DNA from: a virus
Taxonomy: Duplodnaviria > Caudoviricetes
Length of the DNA stretch: 44,585 nucleotides
IMG/VR virus record: IMGVR_UViG_3300030330_005615
Span: 1-44,585 of that record
Reading direction: 5' to 3' (one strand)
Within the stretch, counting starts at the first letter, position 1. Each line of letters begins with the position of its first letter. The position numbers and the translations under genes are program-made. The notes under the pieces were generated by a model, which saw nothing but the letters and a program-made list of their open reading frames with translations, was not told where the DNA came from and ran no database searches. Shown in pieces: positions 36,014 to 44,298 of this stretch.

Positions 36014-36573
36014 GCGGACACACGCCAAACAAAACGCTTCCAAGCGCTTGCCCTATGTAGCTTGTCAAAGACTTGCATTGTACGCTCACAGTCGACTAGT
36101 GCCCCGTGTGCCCCCTCATTCGAAATCTTCAAGACGTCGCATATCCTAGCCAATGATAGCGATGAGCCACACGGGTCTTGTAGGTGCTCATAGGCGAGCG
36201 TCATCGTGTCGATCGTGTGATGAAAGCCCCGCCCAGTTCCGGTTTCCTTTTTCATGTTGCGATCGATGAAATCTAGATCGAATCTAACATTATGCCCGCA
36301 GAGCACCGCCCCCCGCATGAGTACCCGCATCTCTTCAAGTGCCTCACTTAGGGGGATAGCGTCTGCCCACTTGTCAGCAGAATAGCCTATGATTTCTAGG
36401 GCCTTTTTGTCAGCCTTATGGATGGCTCTTGGGGTTATCTTTCGCGACCATCGCTTGACCTCTTTCCCGTCGCGCCGAATGCACGCCAGCTCTAAAATCT
36501 CGTGCTTCCATGGCCACAATCCAGAGGTCTCAATATCTATGAACGCTATAGGCTTATCTGCTACTCTCATCAA
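36010..36573 (-). CDS. DEDDh 3'-5' exonuclease (DnaQ-like)
   Basis: DIETSG, GHNVRFD and HGALVD motifs. Confidence 0.92.
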   Translation of the reverse strand: MMRVADKPIAFIDIETSGLWPWKHEILELACIRRDGKEVKRWSRKITPRAIHKADKKALEIIGYSADKWADAIPLSEALEEMRVLMRGAVLCGHNVRFDLDFIDRNMKKETGTGRGFHHTIDTMTLAYEHLQDPCGSSLSLARICDVLKISNEGAHGALVDCERTMQVFDKLHRASAWKRFVWRVSA

Positions 36574-37295
36574 CTGCCTAACAGGTCCATTTGACGCTCT
36601 AGAGCTGAGGCCACATAAACAGCCGCTTTAGCGTTGCCTTGTGTTCGTCGCCTGTTGCCGGTCTTGATGATTCGGCCTGCCTTTTCCAGCTCGTTTCGTC
36701 GCGGGTTGACTGTCGAGTATCGAATACCTGTACCCACGTGTATCTCGTAATCGGTCGCGCCTCTCATGCCCTGGTTTACGATGTATTCCATCACCCGCTC
36801 TCTCAGAGTAGGCGCCTTTTTCTTGATGAGCCTGGCTGCTTCGTATGACGTCTCTGAGCCCCACTGATAAGGGATTCCTATCGGTTGCTTGTTCATATCG
36901 ACGATATTGACGACCCCGCGCAACCCCAAGCTGAAGTCGTCGAGCTTCGCACCATGGGAGATTACGACTTGATAAGCAGTCGCCGGATTTGCGGCTAGTT
37001 TGTCGGCCACCTCATCAGACGCGCTAACAACTGCGATCGGAGTCGATTCAAACGGCAAGTTGTGAAGGCCTTGAACCTCGACCCTCACCGCTTCGATGCA
37101 TGCCCCAGAGTATAGACTCTTGGCAACCATCGACACCTTGGTTCCAACCATTTGCCGGTCTGCCTCGGTAGGCTGGGTCTTGATCACAACGTAATCGCAA
37201 TAAAAGTTATCCAGGCACCCTCCCAGCTTCCACGCAACCGTTGTCTCTAGCTGCCCTCTTGATGTCCGGTCTAGCTCAACCACTAATGCTTTCAT
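36570..37295 (-). CDS. Hypothetical protein with a C-terminal winged-HTH
   Basis: GATDYEI...YSTVNPRRNELEKAGRI. Confidence 0.65.
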   Translation of the reverse strand: MKALVVELDRTSRGQLETTVAWKLGGCLDNFYCDYVVIKTQPTEADRQMVGTKVSMVAKSLYSGACIEAVRVEVQGLHNLPFESTPIAVVSASDEVADKLAANPATAYQVVISHGAKLDDFSLGLRGVVNIVDMNKQPIGIPYQWGSETSYEAARLIKKKAPTLRERVMEYIVNQGMRGATDYEIHVGTGIRYSTVNPRRNELEKAGRIIKTGNRRRTQGNAKAAVYVASALERQMDLLGS

Positions 37296-37298
37296 TCT

Positions 37299-37673
37299 CT
37301 ACCCTTTCACTTGATTAACCAGCTCCGACACTGGTTTGTTTTTCTCTGCCCACAACGGCAGAAATTCATTCAAAAATGTTTGCCACCGCATGAACACATA
37401 CGGCGGGTTTCGGTCGTCTCTGATTACGGCCATTGGTATTCGGCCTGGTTTGGCGTCTGCCTCGGCCTGAGCGAGCGCCGCACGCGGATTGGGCTTCTTG
37501 CCGGTCTTGACTTCCACGTGTAGGCGCCCCGCTCCCTCTATATCTGCAGCATCGCCCCCGGTACGGTTTTGTATGCCCCGCCTCACCTCGTAGCCCTCCA
37601 TTGCTTTGGATAGCTCTTTGGCTGTCTGTCTTTCGCCTCTTGCGCCCTTATTACGCGACCGGGCGCCGCTCAT
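37299..37673 (-). CDS. PD-(D/E)XK Holliday junction resolvase-like nuclease
   Basis: SRNKGARGER...ADI...VEVK. Confidence 0.8.
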   Translation of the reverse strand: MSGARSRNKGARGERQTAKELSKAMEGYEVRRGIQNRTGGDAADIEGAGRLHVEVKTGKKPNPRAALAQAEADAKPGRIPMAVIRDDRNPPYVFMRWQTFLNEFLPLWAEKNKPVSELVNQVKG

Positions 37674-37942
37674 GCTGAGACCTCTATACTGTCTTGCATC
37701 ACCTGTATCCGGCGCGATATGACAACGGGGTCTGTCGGAACCATTCGACCTAACAGCCCGTATTGTAGCTTTAGCCCATCCTCTACTTCCGCGATGCGGC
37801 CCTCTCTCTTTAGTTCTTTGATTGCCTCTACGAGTCGAGCCCTTGAGCGCTCTCCAACCATCTTGGCCAAGACGGTCGACGACGGAAATATGCCGTACCT
37901 CACATAATGCGAGACTAGGACTTGATATACTTTCTCAGTCAT
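37670..37942 (-). CDS. Stand-alone LexA-type DNA-binding (winged-helix) domain protein
   Basis: YGIFPSSTVLAKMVG..S....AIKELKREGRI resembles the LexA N-domain; no peptidase domain. Confidence 0.55.
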   Translation of the reverse strand: MTEKVYQVLVSHYVRYGIFPSSTVLAKMVGERSRARLVEAIKELKREGRIAEVEDGLKLQYGLLGRMVPTDPVVISRRIQVMQDSIEVSA

Positions 37943-39252
37943 TACATGGCCTCCCTACGGTAGGGTGCATACGTCTCGTGGTATTCTTTGAATCGTGATT
38001 CCTCACCGCAGAATCTGAGCTTGATTGTGCCCTTGGTCTCCATGCGAAACTTAGCCAAAATCAACTCCGCCTCTGTTGGGTCTGCCGATGGGGTGTACTC
38101 CGACTCACGGTATAGAAACATAATCACGTCCGCGTCTTGCTCAATGCTCCCTGAGTCACGTAAATCAGACATATACGGGCGCTTGTTTTCGCGCTGCTCC
38201 ACTTTTCGGTTGAGTTGTGCGAGCGCTATCACGGGAATGCCTAGCTCGATCGCGAGTAGCTTTAATCCTCGCGACACCTTCCCAACCTCTACCGCTCTGG
38301 TCTCGTTGTCGTCTGTCGTCATCAACTGCAGATAGTCAACGACCACCATCCCAAGTTCACCGCCCGCCGCTATCTCTTGCCGGGCTCGAGCTGCGATACC
38401 CTCAACCGTGATATTCGCCTGCTGAATAAACTTGAGCTTCAAATCCTTTGAGGAGTTCGCCGCATGAACTGCCCGCTCGATAGTTTGCGGGTCAGCCTTG
38501 CCACGCCTCAACCCCTTGGTATCGAGTCGCGCTAGTTGTGATATGAGCTTGCTTCCAACCTGGTGTTTACCCATCTCCAGCGAAATAAATAATACGGTTT
38601 TCGTCTTTGCTACTTCCTCAGCCACGTTCATCGCAAAAGTCGTCTTTCCCATGCCTGGGCGCCCGGCCACAATGTACAGCTCGTTCTCTTTGAACCCTCC
38701 AAGCGCCTCATCAACTGAAGGAATGCCACACTCAAGGCCCAGCGACTCACCTTCGAACGCCCGCCTGAATTGCTCAATCGCTGCGCTCGCTGCCTCGAAT
38801 GCTGTATACGATGAGCCGCTTGTTCCCTGTGTAGCCATCGCCGCATTGACTAAGGCCATCACGCGGTTCTGCGCCTCCTCTGGATAGTCTAAGCTAGCGA
38901 CATCGACACAAACCTTAGCCGCTGTGAGCGCTGTACTCATCGCGTCTAACCTGTGAGCGTTGAGCACTCGATTTGCGTACATCTCCCAATTGAACGGGTC
39001 TCCTTTGACATCCAACGAGAAAACGTAATCAACCAAGGTTTTGTCTTCCTCAGTCAACATGGTGCTGAGGATGCTATGAGCATCGACATGCTCACCACGA
39101 ACCCTCAAAGCTTGTGCCGTTGAATAAATCTCTTGGTTTCTTTTGGTTTTGAAATGGCTCGGCTTGAGGATGCTCGCGACACCATCACACACACTTGGGT
39201 CGCATATCATCGAACCGAGTACGATCTGCTCTTGAAGACTTCGATCCATCAT
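37942..39252 (-). CDS. dnaB: Replicative DNA helicase
   Basis: GRPGMGKT, VVDYLQL, QLNR and SDLRDSGSIEQDAD motifs. Confidence 0.97.
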   Translation of the reverse strand: MMDRSLQEQIVLGSMICDPSVCDGVASILKPSHFKTKRNQEIYSTAQALRVRGEHVDAHSILSTMLTEEDKTLVDYVFSLDVKGDPFNWEMYANRVLNAHRLDAMSTALTAAKVCVDVASLDYPEEAQNRVMALVNAAMATQGTSGSSYTAFEAASAAIEQFRRAFEGESLGLECGIPSVDEALGGFKENELYIVAGRPGMGKTTFAMNVAEEVAKTKTVLFISLEMGKHQVGSKLISQLARLDTKGLRRGKADPQTIERAVHAANSSKDLKLKFIQQANITVEGIAARARQEIAAGGELGMVVVDYLQLMTTDDNETRAVEVGKVSRGLKLLAIELGIPVIALAQLNRKVEQRENKRPYMSDLRDSGSIEQDADVIMFLYRESEYTPSADPTEAELILAKFRMETKGTIKLRFCGEESRFKEYHETYAPYRREAM

Positions 39253-40034
39253 TCGAACTCCTTCATAGCCTTCTCGAATATTTTTCGAGCCTCCTCCCTG
39301 TCAACACTTGGAGCAGACGCCAGCACAAACGGCGAATCGTACGGCCTCGATTGCTCCTGCGTTTTTTGGTTTTGACGGGCGATGATTTTCTGACAGAACC
39401 CGTATAGCTGTGCAGCGTTAGGCATTCTACGCGAACCATTTGCCATGGCTATTTCGTCGATTGCTTCAAAAACCACCTGTTTGCTGTAGCGCTCCTCGGC
39501 TCTTGCTAGGACATTGGCTACACCGGTCGGGACCATGAATCCACGAAGCGGAAACACCGAAAGAAAGTAATCGATGACAGAGGATGAAGAAGAGGAAGAT
39601 TGAGCCGCGATGAGCCCTGGCTCCCTCGCGCGCGGGTTAATATAATTCTTCTCCCTTACGTTAGTAAGGGGGAAGGACAAGACCCGAGAATCCGGGGTGT
39701 TTTTGTCAACATTGGCAACATTTTGGATGCCCTCATTGTCAACATTATTTGGAACCTCTTGATATTGTTCGCTTTTTTCTGACATGTCAACATTGTCAAC
39801 ATTGTCAACATTATCTGTAAACTCTTGATTTTCTTCACTTTTTCTAGACAGCAGAAATTGGCGACCGTTCGTCGAGGTCTCGACTATCAAATCGGCTCTT
39901 TTCGCCTCCTCAATCCACCGGATATATGTTCGCTTAGATACGCCGATACACGCCGCCGCCGCCTCTTGTGTGATACGTATCCAGCCGCTCTCATCGGCCA
40001 GCGAGCGAATTAACTCTTCCCTTCTCTTATTCAT
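39249..40034 (-). CDS. Replication initiator (lambda O-like position, N-terminal HTH)
   Basis: ITQEAAAACIGVSKRTYIRWI; internal iterons; upstream of dnaB; GAGGG RBS before ATG 40034. Confidence 0.75.
   Translation of the reverse strand: MNKRREELIRSLADESGWIRITQEAAAACIGVSKRTYIRWIEEAKRADLIVETSTNGRQFLLSRKSEENQEFTDNVDNVDNVDMSEKSEQYQEVPNNVDNEGIQNVANVDKNTPDSRVLSFPLTNVREKNYINPRAREPGLIAAQSSSSSSSVIDYFLSVFPLRGFMVPTGVANVLARAEERYSKQVVFEAIDEIAMANGSRRMPNAAQLYGFCQKIIARQNQKTQEQSRPYDSPFVLASAPSVDREEARKIFEKAMKEFE
39704..39811. repeat. Iteron cluster (putative replication origin)
   Basis: TGTCAACAT at 39704, 39737, 39785, 39794 and 39803; TGGCAACAT at 39713. Confidence 0.75.
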
Positions 40035-40081
40035 GATTTCCCTCTCAGCTCCGTCTAAGACTCCGACATCAAAGACGATCA

Positions 40082-40120
40082 AAAATAACTACTGAACAAA
40101 CCGCTGTCAAAAACTGACAG
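40082..40120 (-). promoter_or_regulatory. Putative initiator-gene promoter with a dyad over the -35
   Basis: Minus strand TTGACA(40110-05)-17-TATTTT(40087-82); CTGTCA-N5-TGACAG at 40104-40120. Confidence 0.55.
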
Positions 40121-40259
40121 TAGTCCTACCTTTTATTGACGACCCACTTGAAAAACCTAAAAACATAGTTCAATACTGCTTTTAGGGTCGCCCCAAAAAT
40201 AAACGCAACATAAGCCCGTTTTGGCCGATAGGCATTACAGGCAGTTAACGAAAACAATT

Positions 40260-40307
40260 TTTGATCGAATTCGATCAAATTGCAAAGGTAAAAGACAATT
40301 TTGTCAA
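40260..40307 (-). promoter_or_regulatory. Perfect 20-bp palindrome (paired-GATC box) just downstream of a putative promoter
   Basis: TTTGATCGAATTCGATCAAA at 40260-40279; minus strand TTGACA(40307-02)-17-TGCAAT. Confidence 0.7.
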
Positions 40308-40362
40308 CGGCGAGAAGATGAGACAAGAACCTGATAGAAAAATGAAAGGTTTACGAGACGCG

Positions 40363-40830
40363 CTATTGCTCGTCGTCCGCGTCGAGATAGCGCCGCCTGG
40401 CTATTTCTTCAGTCGTTTCGAGGTTGGTCTTAGCATGGTCGGCAATGTCGGCCCGGTTTGCATATACAGCTTTCGCAAGTCGCTGCAATTCGCGCACCTC
40501 GCCTATCACTGCCTCAGTTTTTCGCAACAGAAGATTGTAGTTTTCGTCCGGGCTCAATGGATAGGTCGAAACCATATTCGGCTGCAGGTCGAAAATGGTA
40601 ATCTGAAGCGCTTGTGCTATTTCGATGAGGTGCTCTGCTTTAGGCGACGCATTCCCCAGCTCATACTTGGACACCTGTCCTCGTGTGGCGCTGGTCCTAT
40701 CAGCAAGGGCTTGCTGGCTGAGGCCTCGCTTTCGCCTCCACTTGTAGATTGCAGCCCCTACAGCAGAATGCCATGCAGCATTGTCCTCTGGTTTTTTGAA
40801 GCCCCTAAATTCAAACCTCTTGTTGCCCAT
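40363..40830 (-). CDS. XRE-family HTH repressor
   Basis: RRKRGLSQQALADRT..TRGQVSKYELG..SP; AAAGGG RBS; no S24 peptidase domain. Confidence 0.88.
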   Translation of the reverse strand: MGNKRFEFRGFKKPEDNAAWHSAVGAAIYKWRRKRGLSQQALADRTSATRGQVSKYELGNASPKAEHLIEIAQALQITIFDLQPNMVSTYPLSPDENYNLLLRKTEAVIGEVRELQRLAKAVYANRADIADHAKTNLETTEEIARRRYLDADDEQ

Positions 40831-40931
40831 CGTACTAACCCTTTCAAGCGCCGTCGCAGTACGATCGCATATTGGGAAGGCGACCACAACGGGATAGAAA
40901 CTTCAAACACATTAAAACAAAAGGACTTTTA

Positions 40932-41243
40932 ATGATTCATGAACCATTAGACGCCCCACTCAAAAACGAGCTAGCCATGCATGAAGCAGCTAACTCTCCA
41001 TTTTTTAAGCCGTTTTGGCTTCGTGCCGGAGCACATTGTCACACACGGCGTTTAGAGCTGGGGATTCCTCGCGATAAATTTTGTGAGGAGCTAGAGCAAA
41101 ACCAGGGGGTCGAACGGTTTGACGCTCACTCGTTAGAAGCGTTTGAGCGGTTCGGGTACGACGTCGGAACCTACCTCCTTTTTGCAATCTGCGAGGCGCT
41201 AAGCCTTGAGCCTGTAGACGTGGCAAAAGGTGGTTGTTTCTGA
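40932..41243 (+). CDS. Divergent XRE/Cro-like regulator
   Basis: RRLELGIPR...LEAFERFG...LFAICEALSL; AAGGA RBS. Confidence 0.6.
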   Translation: MIHEPLDAPLKNELAMHEAANSPFFKPFWLRAGAHCHTRRLELGIPRDKFCEELEQNQGVERFDAHSLEAFERFGYDVGTYLLFAICEALSLEPVDVAKGGCF

Positions 41244-41725
41244 TGGATGACTTAGTCGGCCAATGGTTGAAAAAACATGGCCGGCTGTTTGCGGGGGGAG
41301 TACCGAAGACCATCAAGGACGCTAAGAAGCGTTTCAAGTGTACTCGACTAGCCGGTGATTGTGTTTTGAGCGGTGATAATTGTGCGTCGAGACACGTGTT
41401 CGCGATAGCGAGAAGTCAGCAAAAAACAAACGCAGCTGATAGCCCCATCTATTGGGCGCACCGCGATGATAGCGCTTGTGTTGACTGCCCTATGGGCGCT
41501 GCCCGTGCAGAGCTATTAGAAAAAGAGCCTACCGACTGGCGTAAGGCCTACAGGATATACAAGCGAAAGCGCAACCTGGCGAGCATTCGATGGTCTAAGG
41601 AAGCTGCGAAGAATGGTAAAGATGAAATCGAACAAATAGAAGAGAGGGAAGAAGATGACAGACTACGCAAAGATTCAATTGACTGGCCGGTTAACGCAAG
41701 ACCCAGAACCAAAGACTGGGAGTGA
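41243..41725 (+). CDS. Hypothetical Cys-rich protein
   Basis: TGATG coupling; several Cys including CVDC. Confidence 0.6.
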   Translation: MDDLVGQWLKKHGRLFAGGVPKTIKDAKKRFKCTRLAGDCVLSGDNCASRHVFAIARSQQKTNAADSPIYWAHRDDSACVDCPMGAARAELLEKEPTDWRKAYRIYKRKRNLASIRWSKEAAKNGKDEIEQIEEREEDDRLRKDSIDWPVNARPRTKDWE

Positions 41726-42098
41726 AAAACCACTAACCCGGATGCGTCTAGCCGTTAACAAGAAAAGACGAGACGAAGAGACTACAAGCTTTTTCACAGT
41801 CTTTTGTTACGGGCGCACGGCTGAAAACTGCGCGAAATACCTAGCCAAGGGCAGCAAGGTTTTAGTCAATGGTGAACCGGACCAAAGAATATATAAGGAT
41901 CGAGACGGTAATCCCCAACTAGACTTGACGGTATCGGCTGACAACGTAGTGTTTTTGAGTAGCCCAGCCGAGCGACAACCACAACAAGGGCAGCCCCAAC
42001 AAAGACAAGGCGAGCGCTCTTGGGGTGAGCCTCAGCCAGCTCAAACTAATAACAACCGTGGATGGTCGGGCAATGGATCGGACCCGATACCGTTTTAA
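41655..42098 (+). CDS. ssb: Single-stranded DNA-binding protein
   Basis: LTGRLTQDPE, YLAKGSKVLVNG and C-terminal DPIPF. Confidence 0.95.
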   Translation: MTDYAKIQLTGRLTQDPEPKTGSEKPLTRMRLAVNKKRRDEETTSFFTVFCYGRTAENCAKYLAKGSKVLVNGEPDQRIYKDRDGNPQLDLTVSADNVVFLSSPAERQPQQGQPQQRQGERSWGEPQPAQTNNNRGWSGNGSDPIPF

Positions 42099-42099
42099 A

Positions 42100-42474
42100 A
42101 TGCTGACGGATGCTGAGCTATGCGATGCCCTAAAATTCGGGCCTCGTACACTACGCCGACTCGTTAACGAATCCGAGGCGCTGGGCATAAAGCTGCCTAG
42201 TTTAGGCCGTGGAAAGTTGCGAAGATGGCCAAGAGATACGATGATCGTAATGAGTTGGATTGAGGGGGTCTCAAGTTGTCGGCGTGGCTCACAGAACAAA
42301 ACGGGAAGATCATCGTACGATGGAAGTTCAACGGCAAATATGGGCAGCGAAAGGCGCCGGACAAACGCACCGCGAAGCGACTCATTCAAGAAATCGAAAC
42401 GTGTCACGCACTCGGCTACCATTGGAGACCCGACGCTTCACATAGTGAAAAATTGCCGACCCTGGGAGAAGTAA
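42100..42474 (+). CDS. xis: Putative excisionase/recombination directionality factor
   Basis: MLTDAELCDALKFGPRTLRRL...RRW winged-HTH pattern immediately before int. Confidence 0.6.
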   Translation: MLTDAELCDALKFGPRTLRRLVNESEALGIKLPSLGRGKLRRWPRDTMIVMSWIEGVSSCRRGSQNKTGRSSYDGSSTANMGSERRRTNAPRSDSFKKSKRVTHSATIGDPTLHIVKNCRPWEK

Positions 42475-43394
42475 TTGAAGCATTTCTCACCAGCCTAGCC
42501 CGCACAAAAGCCGAGAAAACCGTCCGAAACCGTAAGACTGCCCTCATCTCTTTCATTCAGTTTCTTAGGGCGTCCAAGAGTCGAGGCAAGCTCACCCCTG
42601 ATATGGTAGATGAAATCGCCATAGAGCGCTTTCACGACGTGCTCATTGATGAAAACCTATCAGCTACTACTGCCCGCCAATACGCAACGTCTGTGAGCCT
42701 GTTTTGGGAATGGGCAGAGCGTAGCCGTGAGTACGGCGACCTATTCGAACGCTACAGAAAACCAGAGCTTCCACACTCCCCGCCTCCCCGCTTGGCTAGA
42801 GCACCAACATGGGCAGAGATTGACGACGTGATAACCACTCAACGCGACAGCGAGCCCCGGCGCCTAATGGTCGTACTGCGCTACACCGGATTGAGAGTAA
42901 CGCAGGCCGGGCGCCTAACTTGGGATGATTTCGATCTTGATGGTGCCCGTATGCGGATACGTCCAAAGCTCGGCAAGTCAGCTCTTGAAAAACGAGGCCG
43001 TATTATTCCTATCACGCCTCACCTGGTAGCTGAGCTTGCTGGCTGGGGTAGACGTGCGGGTGATTTGTTCCCCCGAGGTCATCGCGAAGAATCGCTACAT
43101 CTCGAAAGCTTGAGACGTAAGGCCGCAAGAGCCTGGAAGCGTAGCGAGGCAGACCCAGCACTCTATGAGGGGCAGACTAGCCACTTGTATAGAAAGGCCT
43201 TTACGTCTGAGCTTATACGTCGAGGAGCTGATAGATGGGCGGTAGAGCTTTTGCTGGGTCGCACGACTGGCTTAGGTGGCGACATCTACACTGATCCTGC
43301 TTTTGTGTTCGATCGAATGGTGCAAGCTTGTGCACTCATCTCAAAGGTGGGCGACGACGTAAGCACCCACATACATCAGGCTCTTAGGTGGTAA
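42276..43394 (+). CDS. int: Tyrosine integrase
   Basis: RYTGLR, HLYR, LLGR and DIYT catalytic boxes; TTG start with a GAGGGG RBS. Confidence 0.92.
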   Translation: MSAWLTEQNGKIIVRWKFNGKYGQRKAPDKRTAKRLIQEIETCHALGYHWRPDASHSEKLPTLGEVIEAFLTSLARTKAEKTVRNRKTALISFIQFLRASKSRGKLTPDMVDEIAIERFHDVLIDENLSATTARQYATSVSLFWEWAERSREYGDLFERYRKPELPHSPPPRLARAPTWAEIDDVITTQRDSEPRRLMVVLRYTGLRVTQAGRLTWDDFDLDGARMRIRPKLGKSALEKRGRIIPITPHLVAELAGWGRRAGDLFPRGHREESLHLESLRRKAARAWKRSEADPALYEGQTSHLYRKAFTSELIRRGADRWAVELLLGRTTGLGGDIYTDPAFVFDRMVQACALISKVGDDVSTHIHQALRW

Positions 43395-43593
43395 GGTTTT
43401 AAAATGCAGACTGGGGCAAAAGTTTGGAGACCGCACCCCAATCTGCACGATCCCGGGACCAAATAGGGCCCAGACTAATGAAAGGAGCACGCGCTGTGTC
43501 TTTTGAAGCGCTAGCCTAACAAAAAACTACTAAACGCATGTCACTTAGTCAAGCTCACTTTTTCATCCCAACACCTCGCATTGGTCACCTTTA

Positions 43594-43633
43594 GCTACTG
43601 TTGGCTACCGTTGGCTACCTGTGGCTACCTGTG
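43594..43633 (+). repeat. Four tandem 10-bp repeats
   Basis: GCTACTGTTG GCTACCGTTG GCTACCTGTG GCTACCTGTG. Confidence 0.85.
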
Positions 43634-43665
43634 GAGGCATCTAGTGGGAGTTTTTACGGAAATAA

Positions 43666-43692
43666 AACTGAATAAGGAACCCTTATTCAGTT
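43666..43692. repeat. Perfect 12-bp inverted repeat
   Basis: AACTGAATAAGG-AAC-CCTTATTCAGTT. Confidence 0.85.
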
Positions 43693-43764
43693 AGACCGTC
43701 ACTGCTCACCCCGACACACTCCCTACAAGATAAACTTTTAAATGTACTGCAGACGCTAGCCAAT

Positions 43765-43801
43765 ATGCGACCGCAAACATAAAAAACCTTTGCGGTCGCA
43801 T
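43765..43801. repeat. Perfect 13-bp inverted repeat upstream of the HNH gene
   Basis: ATGCGACCGCAAA-N11-TTTGCGGTCGCAT. Confidence 0.85.
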
Positions 43802-43830
43802 GCAAGCTTGTGCCCTGCGATTCTCGACGC

Positions 43831-44298
43831 ATGAACAAAGCAAAAAACAAGTTACTTAAAAATCTAACCTTATCTGGTGACTGTGTACTATACTCTGGTA
43901 GTGGCACTGGGAAAGGTGGTTACGGTCGAATAACATGGTCTGACAATGGGCAACGGTTCACCGTATCGGCACACCGGCTAGCCTACACCCTACACCATGG
44001 CCCCATTGCGCCTGGTATGGTCATCCGTCACACGTGCCACAACCCGAGATGCGTCAACCCCGACCATCTGATACAAGGCACCCACGCACAAAACAGTCGC
44101 GATATGGTCAATGCTGGCCGGTCTCTTAAACGGTACGGCTCAAAGAATCCTAACGCCCGATTGACAGACCAGCAACGCGACGACATCAAAACCCAACGAC
44201 AAGAGGGCGCAACGCTTAAATTCTTGGCTGGGAAGTATGGCGTACACCTCTCTACAATCTGGCACGTATGCAGACCGCCAAAAAAGGACAAACCATAA
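43831..44298 (+). CDS. HNH homing-type endonuclease with C-terminal HTH
   Basis: GYG, AHRLAY and HTCHNPRCVNPDHL..GTHAQN motifs; LKFLAGKYGVHLSTIW. Confidence 0.92.
   Translation: MNKAKNKLLKNLTLSGDCVLYSGSGTGKGGYGRITWSDNGQRFTVSAHRLAYTLHHGPIAPGMVIRHTCHNPRCVNPDHLIQGTHAQNSRDMVNAGRSLKRYGSKNPNARLTDQQRDDIKTQRQEGATLKFLAGKYGVHLSTIWHVCRPPKKDKP

Noticed and set aside
40104-40120. E. coli-type SOS box
   Set aside because: CTGT-N9-ACAG has the wrong spacing (the consensus is N8)
40261-40932. 223-aa plus-strand ORF
   Set aside because: Antisense shadow of the XRE repressor gene; its TTG start lies in the palindrome, with no RBS or recognisable motif
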